A DNA stretch of 64,000 nt from assembly GCA_009783465.1 (NCBI GenBank), contig WRDM01000011.1, forward strand, positions 2,911-66,910, given 5' to 3'. Source of the DNA: Phycisphaerae bacterium. GTDB lineage: Bacteria > Planctomycetota > Phycisphaerae > SM23-33. Position 1 is the stretch's first letter. Each line of letters begins with the position of its first letter. The position numbers were made by a program, and so were the translations under genes. A model generated the notes under the pieces. It was given only the letters and a program-made list of their open reading frames with translations, did no database searches and was not told where the DNA came from. Shown one piece after another: positions 1 through 7,430 of this stretch.

Positions 1-519
1 CTCATCCTCTCCGGTCCGCTCGGCGAGCACGGCCTGGCGGTGCTCTGCCAACGCCAAGGCCTCGCCCTGCGAACCGAATTGGCCAGCGACTGCGCCCCAC
101 TGAACGCCCTCTGCCGCGACCTGGTCGCCCAGCTCGGGCCGGCCGTCAAATGCATGCGAGACCCCACGCGGGGCGGACTCGCCGCCGCCGCCGTCGATCT
201 CGCCAACGCCTGCCGATGCGACATCGAACTCGACGAAGCCGCCATCCCCCAACACCGCGCCGCCCGAGCCGCCGCCGACATGCTAGGCCTCGACCTCCTC
301 ACCGTCGCCAACGAAGGAAAACTCCTCGCCGTCGTCTCACCCGCCGCCGCCGAACAGGCCGTGGCGATCCTCCGCGCACACGACCTCGCCCCCCACGCCG
401 CCGTCATCGGCGCCGTCACGCGCCCCAGCGACCAACCCCTCGTCGAACTCCTCACCACCATCGCCAGCCGCCGCGTCGTCCCAATGCCCTACGGGGAAGA
501 ACTGCCGAGAATCTGCTAG
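1..519 (+). CDS. hypE: Hydrogenase maturation protein HypE, C-terminal part (5' end lies outside the window)
   Basis: The frame is open from base 1. The translated protein ends ...VVPMPYGEELPRIC, the conserved C-terminal PRIC cysteine motif of HypE. AIR-synthase-like C-domain residues (DPTRGGLA, VANEGKL) are present. Confidence 0.85.
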   Translation, partial: LILSGPLGEHGLAVLCQRQGLALRTELASDCAPLNALCRDLVAQLGPAVKCMRDPTRGGLAAAAVDLANACRCDIELDEAAIPQHRAARAAADMLGLDLLTVANEGKLLAVVSPAAAEQAVAILRAHDLAPHAAVIGAVTRPSDQPLVELLTTIASRRVVPMPYGEELPRIC

Positions 520-678
520 AGCGGTTCCAGCTTGCGTGGTGGCTGCTGGCCGTCGCTGAGGACGAGCCAGGCCAGGAGGCCGAAGCAGTCGATGCATCGC
601 ATCGGCGATGCAGGCCGACGCCGCCTGGCGACGCCGCAGGCAGGCCAGCAGCCACCACGCAAGCTGGAACCGCTCTAG
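516..678. repeat. Perfect 36-bp inverted repeat (arms 516-551 and 643-678) with a 91-bp spacer; probable hypE 3' hairpin
   Basis: Left arm ctagagcggttccagcttgcgtggtggctgctggcc is the exact reverse complement of 643-678. The spacer holds a small hairpin gcatcgc/gcgatgc (594-611). The hypE stop TAG (517-519) lies inside the left arm. Confidence 0.9.
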
Positions 679-748
679 AGCGGCGGGCACGTCGCGTGTG
701 GTGATCGCAGGGCCATCGCATCTAAATTTCCGCGTGTTTTCGCGAAAA

Positions 749-842
749 GGCTGTGGGCTGTAGGCTGTAGGAGACATGCCTTTGCGACCGATGTTTCGCA
801 AAGGAAAATCAACCTACAGCCCACAGCCTACAGCCTACAGCC
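749..842. repeat. Hairpin repeat with 7-nt periodic arms (cctacag family)
   Basis: Left arm ggctgtgggctgtaggctgtagg (749-771) pairs with right arm cctacagcccacagcctacagcctacagcc (813-842). There is an inner hairpin cctttgcga/tcgcaaagg. The same unit forms the outer arms of the element at 49870-50145. Confidence 0.85.
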
Positions 843-957
843 TAAAAATGGGCCTTTTTCGATGCGATTGCCCTGGCGGTTATCGTAAATTCCCTTGTTC
901 CGGTTGGGCGAAATTTCTACAGTAGGAAACATACTCATTGATTGGGAGAGTTCCCGC

Positions 958-3033
958 ATGAAGGCAGTGGCGAGATGGTTTGGCGTGTTCGTGTTGGCGG
1001 CGGTGTGTGTGGCGGCGGTTTCGGCGGCGGGGCAGGCGTCGCCCGCGACGGAGCCTGCCGAGGCGCCCGCCGGTGCGATGGACGTGGCGTTGGCGGATGC
1101 GGTGTTGCCGGCCGTGAGCGACGTCGCGCTGGAGCGGGCCAAGGCGTATGTCGACAATTCCGACCGGTACCTTCATCATTCGCATCTCAAGCGTGGCATG
1201 AAGGGGTACGGCAAGACGGTGCTGGCCGGGGTGACGATCGAGCGGTTCGAGGTGGAGATCGTGTCGGTGGTCAGTCACTGGGGGCCTCACCAGGACGTGA
1301 TTCTGGCGAAGCTGTCCGGGCTGGAATTGGAGAAGACCAACGTGATCGCGGGCATGAGCGGCTCGCCGGTGTACGTGGTGGATCCGCGTGACGGCAAGGA
1401 GAAGATGGTCGGCGCGGTGGCGTACGGCTGGTTCGGGCAGAAGGAGCCTCTCTGCGGCCTTCAGCCGATCACGCAGATGCTGGCGATGAACGGCGTGGTG
1501 GGCGAGCGGCGTGCGATGCCGACGTCCGCGCCGGCGGCGGGCGAGTCGCCGCGCGAGCCGGTCGCGGCTGCCCGTGCGGTGCATCGCGAGAACGACAAGG
1601 TGGCGTCGAAGGCGTTTTTGGAGATGGCGTTTGCGGTTCGCAACGCGGAGATCGCCAGGGCGTTTCGCGGGGCGGGCGACGCGGAGGCCGCCGTCGCGAA
1701 GGCGGCGGCCGGCGAGGCCCCCGCGCTGCTGCCGTTGCGGACGCCGCTGATGGTCAGCGGTGTGGGGCGAGAGGCGTTGGCCAACGCGTCGGCGGGGCTG
1801 GCGGCGTTTGGTATGGTGCCGGTGCAGGCGGGCGCGGTGGCGGGCGTCGAGGCCGAGGCTGCCGACGCCAAACTCGAACCCGGCAGCGGCATCGCCATTC
1901 CGCTGGTTCACGGCGACGCGAGCATCTCCGCCGTCGGCACGGTCACGGATGTCATCGACGGCAAGGTCCTTGCCTTCGGGCATTCGTTTTTCTCCGACGG
2001 CGACGTGCGGTTTCCCATGGGGCCCGCCTACATTCACAGCGTGGTCGCGGGCGTGTTCAGCAGTTTCAAGCTGGGTTCGCTCGCGCACATTTCGGGCGCG
2101 CTCACGCGGGACGAGAACGTCGGCGTCGCGGGCGACCTCGGCGAAAACGTCGAGATGATTCCGATGACCGTCGAGGTGGTCTGGAAGGATCTGGGCGAAA
2201 CACAGCAGTACAACTACGACATGGTGGGGCACCGCATGTTCACGCCGCGATTGGTGGGCATGTTGGTCGAGGCGTCCATCACCGGCTGGAAAAATCTGCC
2301 CGAGTCGCACACGCTGCGGTACACGGCGGCGATTGATTTCGGCGAGTTGGGCGTGTACTCGGTGGATAACGTCAGTTCGGGCATGGACACGATGGACATT
2401 TACGGCGAGATGATTCGGCCGCTGCTGGTGGCGTATCGCAACCCGTGGCAGTCGCCGCCGGAGCCGCGCAGCGTCACGGTGCGCGTGACGGTCGAGGAAA
2501 AATCCCTCGCCGCCGACGTGGTGGAATTCAAGCTCGACGGCAAGGTCTATCGGCCTGGCGAGACGCTGACGGGCACGTTGACGGTCGAGCCCTACCGCCA
2601 GCGCCGCACGACGCTGCCGGTGACGTTCGCGCTGCCTCGCGACCTGCCCGAGGGCACGTACACGCTGGACGTGTGCGACGCGTACTACGCCGCCCAGGCC
2701 CTGCGACGCGAGATGCCGCAACGGTACGACCCGCGCAACGTCAGCGAGATGCTCCAGGCGGTGCAGACGATGGCGTCCAACCGCCGCGATTGCCTGTATC
2801 TCCGCCTGCCGCTGAACGAAGGCGGGATGGCGATTCGTCAGAAAGAACTGCCCGATCTCCCCGGCAGCAAGGCGGCCATTCTCGCCCAGGCCGACCGGGA
2901 GGACGTCAAGGCGTTCCGCAAAACCCTCGTCCGCCCGCTGCCAGGCCCGTATGTCTTCAACGGCGCGGCCAGCGCGACGTTCGAGGTCTCCAAGACGGCG
3001 GGGGATTTTTCCCAAAAGCAAGTGAAAGAGTAA
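958..3033 (+). CDS. Secreted serine peptidase, SpoIVB/S55-like
   Basis: ATG at 958 follows gggagag and gives a signal peptide MKAVARWFGVFVLAAVCVAAVSAAGQ. The motif GMSGSPVYV matches the GxSGSP catalytic serine motif of SpoIVB-type (S55) chymotrypsin-fold peptidases. The upstream part of the ORF (from 895) has no signal peptide. Confidence 0.6.
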   Translation: MKAVARWFGVFVLAAVCVAAVSAAGQASPATEPAEAPAGAMDVALADAVLPAVSDVALERAKAYVDNSDRYLHHSHLKRGMKGYGKTVLAGVTIERFEVEIVSVVSHWGPHQDVILAKLSGLELEKTNVIAGMSGSPVYVVDPRDGKEKMVGAVAYGWFGQKEPLCGLQPITQMLAMNGVVGERRAMPTSAPAAGESPREPVAAARAVHRENDKVASKAFLEMAFAVRNAEIARAFRGAGDAEAAVAKAAAGEAPALLPLRTPLMVSGVGREALANASAGLAAFGMVPVQAGAVAGVEAEAADAKLEPGSGIAIPLVHGDASISAVGTVTDVIDGKVLAFGHSFFSDGDVRFPMGPAYIHSVVAGVFSSFKLGSLAHISGALTRDENVGVAGDLGENVEMIPMTVEVVWKDLGETQQYNYDMVGHRMFTPRLVGMLVEASITGWKNLPESHTLRYTAAIDFGELGVYSVDNVSSGMDTMDIYGEMIRPLLVAYRNPWQSPPEPRSVTVRVTVEEKSLAADVVEFKLDGKVYRPGETLTGTLTVEPYRQRRTTLPVTFALPRDLPEGTYTLDVCDAYYAAQALRREMPQRYDPRNVSEMLQAVQTMASNRRDCLYLRLPLNEGGMAIRQKELPDLPGSKAAILAQADREDVKAFRKTLVRPLPGPYVFNGAASATFEVSKTAGDFSQKQVKE

Positions 3034-3060
3034 GGAACGGCGGCCGCGTGGCAAGGTATT

Positions 3061-3238
3061 AAATCCGAAATCCGAAATGCGAAATCCGAAACAGATTCCA
3101 AAGAATTCAAAGAAGAAAATTCCAAACGGCAAAGCCTATGTCGCATCAAAACGTATGGCGTCACCGTCTGGGTTTGGAGTTTTCTCCTTTGGGGTTTTGT
3201 GATTTGTTTCGGATTTCGAAATTCGGATTTCGGATTTC
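3061..3238. repeat. Long hairpin repeat with 7-nt periodic arms (gaaatcc family), copy 1 of 3
   Basis: Left arm aaatccgaaatccgaaatgcgaaatccgaaacagattccaaag pairs with right arm ctttggggttttgtgatttgtttcggatttcgaaattcggatttcggatttc. It starts 28 nt after the stop of the preceding gene. It is homologous to 10617-10781 and 49927-50079. Confidence 0.85.
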
Positions 3239-3306
3239 AAAACGCATTCGCGTAGCACGAGTAGCACGTTCGGACGATGAATCCGCAAGGAAAAGAAAGA
3301 GTCATT

Positions 3307-5628
3307 ATGCGTCATTATGTTTCGGTGTTGTGTGCGTTGTTGATGGCCGCGGGTGCGTTGGCGGTTTCGCCGACGACGGTGGAGCATTCGACCGAGGCGG
3401 ATTTCGCCACGGGCGCGACGTCGGGGGTGGTGGTGACGTCCGAGGGGCGGCTGCAACTCGGGCGTGAATTGGCGGTGCGGATGTCGACGGCGGACGCGCC
3501 GGCCATCGTGTCGGCGTTGGCGACGGACGGGAAAATCATTTACGTCGCCAGCGGCAGCGAGAACACGATTTACAAAATCGACGGCGACAAGAGTGTCCCG
3601 TTCGCCACCGTCGAGGGCACGATCGTCACCAGCCTGCTGTGGACGGGCAAGGAGTTGCTCGCCGGCACGAGCGGCGGCGACGGCGCGGGCGTGTACGCCG
3701 TGGACGACAAAGGCGGCGTCAAGGCGGTCTGGAGCGACGAGGACGTGCAGTACGTCTGGGCGATCCTTCGCGACGGCGCGGGCAGACTGTACGTGGCCAC
3801 CGGCCCGAAGGCCCGCGTGTACGTTGTCGACGGCGGCAAGGGCGACGTGCTGTACGAAGTCCCGTCGGCCCTGGCGAAAAACATTCTTTGCCTCGCCCGC
3901 GAGCGGGACGGCACGCTCTACGCGGGCACGGACACCAGTGGCCTGGTGCTGTGCATTGATCCCGAGAAGAAGACCGGTCGCGTGATTCTGAACGCGACGG
4001 AGAAGGAAGTGTCCGCGATCGTGCTGGACGGCCGGGGCGGGCTGTACGCGGCGACGAGCGATGCGGCCCGCGCGACGGGCGAGGTTGCTCGCGGCGGCGC
4101 GGCGGGCGGAGGCCCGGCGTTTCGCGGCGCGGCCGACGACATGGACGAAATGACCAACCGCGCGCCGGTCCTGGCCGTGGTGGTCGATCCGGCCGACGAC
4201 GATGACGAAGCGTGCGACTGTGGTGAATGCGACGGCGATGAAGACGGCGACGAGGACGAGGAAGGCGTTGTCGCCAAGCCTGCCGACGCCAAGCCCGTCG
4301 TGGCGCCGGTGACGCGTTCGGCGGTGGCGGTTGCGGCGGGTCGAGGCCCCGGCGGCGGAGCGAGTCCTGCCGCGGACGGGCCTGGCAACGCGGTGTACCA
4401 CATTGACGCCGACGGGCTGGCCCGCGCCATCTTCCGACAGGGCGTCAGCATCCTGGCCATGATCCGCGTCGACAACGCGCTCATCCTCGGCACGGGGAAT
4501 AACGGGCAGATTTTCCGGCTGGCGTTGGACAGCGACGAGACGGTCATGCTCGCCGACGCCGAGAGTTCGCAGATCACCGCGCTGACGCAGGCGGGCGGAC
4601 AGATTTACTTCGGCACAGCCAACAAGGGCTCGGTGGGCATGATCGGCGCGTCGCACGCGCGGACCGGCACGTTCACGGCCAAGGCGATCGACGCACAGCA
4701 GATCGCGCGATGGGGCACGGTGCGGTTCTGGTCGTCGGCGCCGGAGGGCGCGAGCGTGACGGTGTCGACGCGGACGGGCAACACGGCGGAGCCGGACGAC
4801 AAGACGTGGAGCGAGTGGTCGGCGCCCGCGGAGGCCAAGGCGGGGTTTATGAAGGTCGCCAGCCCGGCGGGTCGTTTTTTGCAGTATCGGCTGACGTTCG
4901 CGGGCGACGGGTCGGCGACGGCGTCGGCGGGCGACGTTCGGCTGGTGTATCAGGTGGCCAATCTCGCGCCGGTGATTTCGGCGGTTCAGGTGGTCGGCGG
5001 CGAGGGGGCGGGCGGCGCGCGGGCGAATGAACGCGGGGCGACGCCTCCGGGCATCTCTCCCACGGCGGCGCGGATTATCACGATTCAGGCCAGCGATCCC
5101 AACAACGATCAACTCGTGTATACGATCGAGTATCGCGAGGTGGGCACGAGCAACTGGATCGTCGTGGCGGAGAAACTGGAACAGCCGATGTACGTGTGGG
5201 ACACGCAGACGGTTGGCGACGGCGACTACGAGCTTCGCGTCACGGCCAGCGACGCCCCGGCCAATCCGCCCGACAAGGCGCTGACGGCTTCGAAGATCAC
5301 GAAGGTTGTTCGGGTGGACAACACGGCCCCGGTCGTGAAGGACTTCGTGGCGCAGGTGGTGGACGGCAAGGACGGCGAGGCGGCGTCGATTCGGGGCAGC
5401 GGCACCGCCGTCGACGACAGCCGCATCGCGGCCATTCATTACTCCCTCGATAGCTCGACCGAGTGGGTGGCCGTCTCGCCCGACAGCGGACTCTGCGCCG
5501 ATGCCGAGGAAAAATTCTCGTTCACGATCAAGAATATCAAACCCGGCAACCACCGCGTAACCGTCCGCGCCACCGACGCCGTAGGCAACATGGGCTACGC
5601 CAGCGTCACGGTGAATGTGGGGAAATGA
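3307..5628 (+). CDS. Secreted beta-propeller plus Ig/Fn3-like repeat protein (function unknown)
   Basis: ATG at 3307 gives a signal peptide MRHYVSVLCALLMAAGALA. Repeated blade-like motifs are present (GKIIYVASG, GRLYVATGP, GTLYAGTD, GGLYAATSD, GQIYFGTAN). The C-terminal modules are Ig-like (ITIQASDPNNDQLVYTIEY, VTVRATDAVGN). An acidic insert DDDDEACDCGECDGDEDGDEDEEG is present. Confidence 0.6.
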   Translation: MRHYVSVLCALLMAAGALAVSPTTVEHSTEADFATGATSGVVVTSEGRLQLGRELAVRMSTADAPAIVSALATDGKIIYVASGSENTIYKIDGDKSVPFATVEGTIVTSLLWTGKELLAGTSGGDGAGVYAVDDKGGVKAVWSDEDVQYVWAILRDGAGRLYVATGPKARVYVVDGGKGDVLYEVPSALAKNILCLARERDGTLYAGTDTSGLVLCIDPEKKTGRVILNATEKEVSAIVLDGRGGLYAATSDAARATGEVARGGAAGGGPAFRGAADDMDEMTNRAPVLAVVVDPADDDDEACDCGECDGDEDGDEDEEGVVAKPADAKPVVAPVTRSAVAVAAGRGPGGGASPAADGPGNAVYHIDADGLARAIFRQGVSILAMIRVDNALILGTGNNGQIFRLALDSDETVMLADAESSQITALTQAGGQIYFGTANKGSVGMIGASHARTGTFTAKAIDAQQIARWGTVRFWSSAPEGASVTVSTRTGNTAEPDDKTWSEWSAPAEAKAGFMKVASPAGRFLQYRLTFAGDGSATASAGDVRLVYQVANLAPVISAVQVVGGEGAGGARANERGATPPGISPTAARIITIQASDPNNDQLVYTIEYREVGTSNWIVVAEKLEQPMYVWDTQTVGDGDYELRVTASDAPANPPDKALTASKITKVVRVDNTAPVVKDFVAQVVDGKDGEAASIRGSGTAVDDSRIAAIHYSLDSSTEWVAVSPDSGLCADAEEKFSFTIKNIKPGNHRVTVRATDAVGNMGYASVTVNVGK

Positions 5629-5793
5629 GCCACTAGCCATCAGCCAGTAGCCAGTAGGAGCACAGCGACCAGTGACAAGCGACAAGTGACAAGAGAAGGA
5701 AAATCTTGTCTTTCAAACCGTTCGTACGGGATGAAACCGTGAAACAAAACAATCACGGCCTACTCTTGTCGCTTGTCACGGGTCGCTTGTCGC
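5629..5793. repeat. Hairpin repeat with 7-nt periodic arms (gccacta/gccagta then gacaagt units)
   Basis: It starts at the base after the stop codon. Arm gcgaccagtgacaagcgacaagtgacaagag (5665-5695) pairs with ctcttgtcgcttgtcacgggtcgcttgtcgc (5763-5793). The core ggaaaatcttgtctttcaaaccgt...gaaacaaaacaa is conserved, inverted, at 52102-52226. Confidence 0.8.
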
Positions 5794-5959
5794 GATGTTC
5801 CTGTCGCGTAGTGGTATTCCGCGGCGCGATGTTAAGATGGGCAAAATAAAAAGCGTCGTTAAAATTTAATGGATAAAATAAGGAAAATATTCTTGGATAA
5901 AATGGAAACACCCATGGCGTGATTTTCCATAACATGTTATATTTATATATGTTATAGTG

Positions 5960-5989
5960 TTGTGAAAACAAATTTTCGTCCCTTATAAT
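5960..5989 (+). promoter_or_regulatory. Candidate sigma70-type promoter (TTGTGA-N18-TATAAT) inside an AT-rich island upstream of flgM
   Basis: ttgtga lies at 5960-5965 and tataat at 5984-5989, oriented toward flgM (start 6199). The call rests on the sequence pattern only. Confidence 0.3.
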
Positions 5990-6198
5990 TTTTCGTGAAT
6001 CGGACGATGATTTGTATGCAAGGACGCTGTTTCAGGGCGGCAGGAGTTGCCCTGACAGGCCCATGAGGGGCATGAGAATTCCGGGAAGTCGCCGAATAAC
6101 GCCACCACGAGCCGCAGGGACGTCGATTCGAGCAGGGCGATTTTCCACAAACCGCGAAGGTGTGCACGCGGTGGCCTGCTGAGGCCAGGGAGAGAATC

Positions 6199-6480
6199 AT
6201 GACGAACATTCAGGGCATCGGGCAAGGGGCGGTTCCGGCGATTCAGCCGACGGCGCAGGCCAGCCAAAGCGCGTACACGGCCTCGCCGCAGGCGATTGGC
6301 GACACGATCGAGATTTCCAGCGTCGCCCGGCTGACGGCGGCGGTCCACACACTGCCCGACGTGCGGGCGGAGTTGGTCGAGCGAGTCAAGGCCGACATCG
6401 CGGCTGGTACGTACGAAACACCCGACCGGATCGACGTCGCGCTGGAACGTCTCATGGACGACATGACCGGCGTGTTATAG
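6199..6480 (+). CDS. flgM: Anti-sigma-28 factor FlgM
   Basis: ATG at 6199 follows gggagagaatc. The 93-aa protein has the FlgM-type C-terminus VRAELVERVKADIAAGTYETPDRIDVALERLMDDM and a disordered Q/A/S-rich N-terminus. Confidence 0.7.
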   Translation: MTNIQGIGQGAVPAIQPTAQASQSAYTASPQAIGDTIEISSVARLTAAVHTLPDVRAELVERVKADIAAGTYETPDRIDVALERLMDDMTGVL

Positions 6481-6520
6481 CGGCGGCAAACAGGCCGATT
6501 TTTGGCGCAAAGACGATTTT

Positions 6521-6552
6521 CCGGGTGCGGGTAAACCCCACCCGGTTTTTTT
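6521..6552 (+). terminator. Rho-independent terminator after flgM
   Basis: Stem ccgggtg (6521-6527) pairs with cacccgg (6539-6545) and is followed by a run of 7 T (6546-6552). It lies 41 nt after the flgM stop. Confidence 0.7.
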
Positions 6553-6704
6553 ATTGCCAGTTATGATAAATTGGGTAAAATTAACAAGATCAGCAGTCTT
6601 CTTTGTTTTACGCGAGGGCGTCTGGTAAGCGAAGTTTTCTGGAGTTGGCGTTCTGAAATAGTGCGGGTGTTGAACTGTTTGAGGATTGCGATCAGGAGGC
6701 AATC

Positions 6705-7280
6705 GTGCGACGAAAATCGGTGTATACCACGGGAGAGGCAGCCGAGCTGTGTAAGCTTTCGCAGCAGACGGTGATTCGTTGTTTTGACAGCGGGCAGTTG
6801 AAAGGGTTCCGCGTGCCCGGCAGCAAGTTCCGGCGGATTCCGCGCGCGGAGTTGCTGACGTTCATGAAGAGCAACGGCATTCCGTTTGACAGCCTGGAGA
6901 CGGACTACAAAATCCGCGTGCTCGTCGTGGATGACGATCCCGACATCGTGGAGTTGTTTGTCGACGCGTTGCGGGAGGACGGACTATTCGAGGTCGCCAC
7001 CGCGGCCACCGGCTTCGACGCGGGCGTGCTGGCGCAGCAGTTTTCGCCGGACATCGTGGTGTTGGATTTCATGCTTCCGGACATTAACGGCAACGTGGTC
7101 TGCCGCACCATTCGCGAGAATCCCGAGTTGTCGCACATCAAGGTGCTGGTGATTTCCGGCGCGGTCAATCCGGCGGAGATCGACAAGCTCAAAGCCGCCG
7201 GCGCGGACGACTTCATCAAGAAGCCCTTCAATATCGAAGTGGTCACGAAGCGTATCAAGGAGTTGGTGCGAGGGCAGTGA
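6705..7280 (+). CDS. Response regulator with N-terminal excisionase/MerR-type HTH and C-terminal receiver domain
   Basis: GTG at 6705 follows aggagg. The HTH segment is TTGEAAELCKLSQQTVIRCFDSGQLKGFRVPGSKFRRIP. The REC domain is RVLVVDDDPDI...VVLDFMLPDING...KVLVISG...KKPF. Confidence 0.8.
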   Translation: MRRKSVYTTGEAAELCKLSQQTVIRCFDSGQLKGFRVPGSKFRRIPRAELLTFMKSNGIPFDSLETDYKIRVLVVDDDPDIVELFVDALREDGLFEVATAATGFDAGVLAQQFSPDIVVLDFMLPDINGNVVCRTIRENPELSHIKVLVISGAVNPAEIDKLKAAGADDFIKKPFNIEVVTKRIKELVRGQ

Positions 7281-7283
7281 TGG

Positions 7284-7392
7284 AACAGCAGGCTGTTAGA
7301 CGATTAGGCTGTTAGACTGTCAGGCGCGGGCTTATGCATCATTAGGCCTAACGCCTCATGAGCCTGCGCCTAACAGTCTAACAGCCTGTTGT
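7284..7392. repeat. Hairpin repeat with 8-nt periodic arms (cctaacag family), copy 1 of 2
   Basis: Left arm aacagcaggctgttagacgattaggctgttagactgtcaggcgcgggcttatg pairs with right arm catgagcctgcgcctaacagtctaacagcctgtt. The core ggcttatg...tcatgagcctgcgcc is shared with 55283-55393. It begins 4 nt after the stop codon. Confidence 0.85.
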
Positions 7393-7430
7393 TTTGCTTT
7401 TCCGAGGGTCCCGGAGGATAATACGCCGTT

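Noticed and set aside
150-704. 184-aa Arg/Pro-rich ORF overlapping hypE in another frame and running through the inverted repeat.
   Set aside because: It is an off-frame reading of hypE with extreme R/P composition. The hypE frame has the diagnostic PRIC terminus.
880-5685. Long minus-strand ORFs 880-3132 (750 aa) and 3136-5685 (849 aa).
   Set aside because: These are antisense shadows of the S55 peptidase and beta-propeller genes. They are R/H/G-rich, have no recognisable domains, and their ends run into repeat elements.
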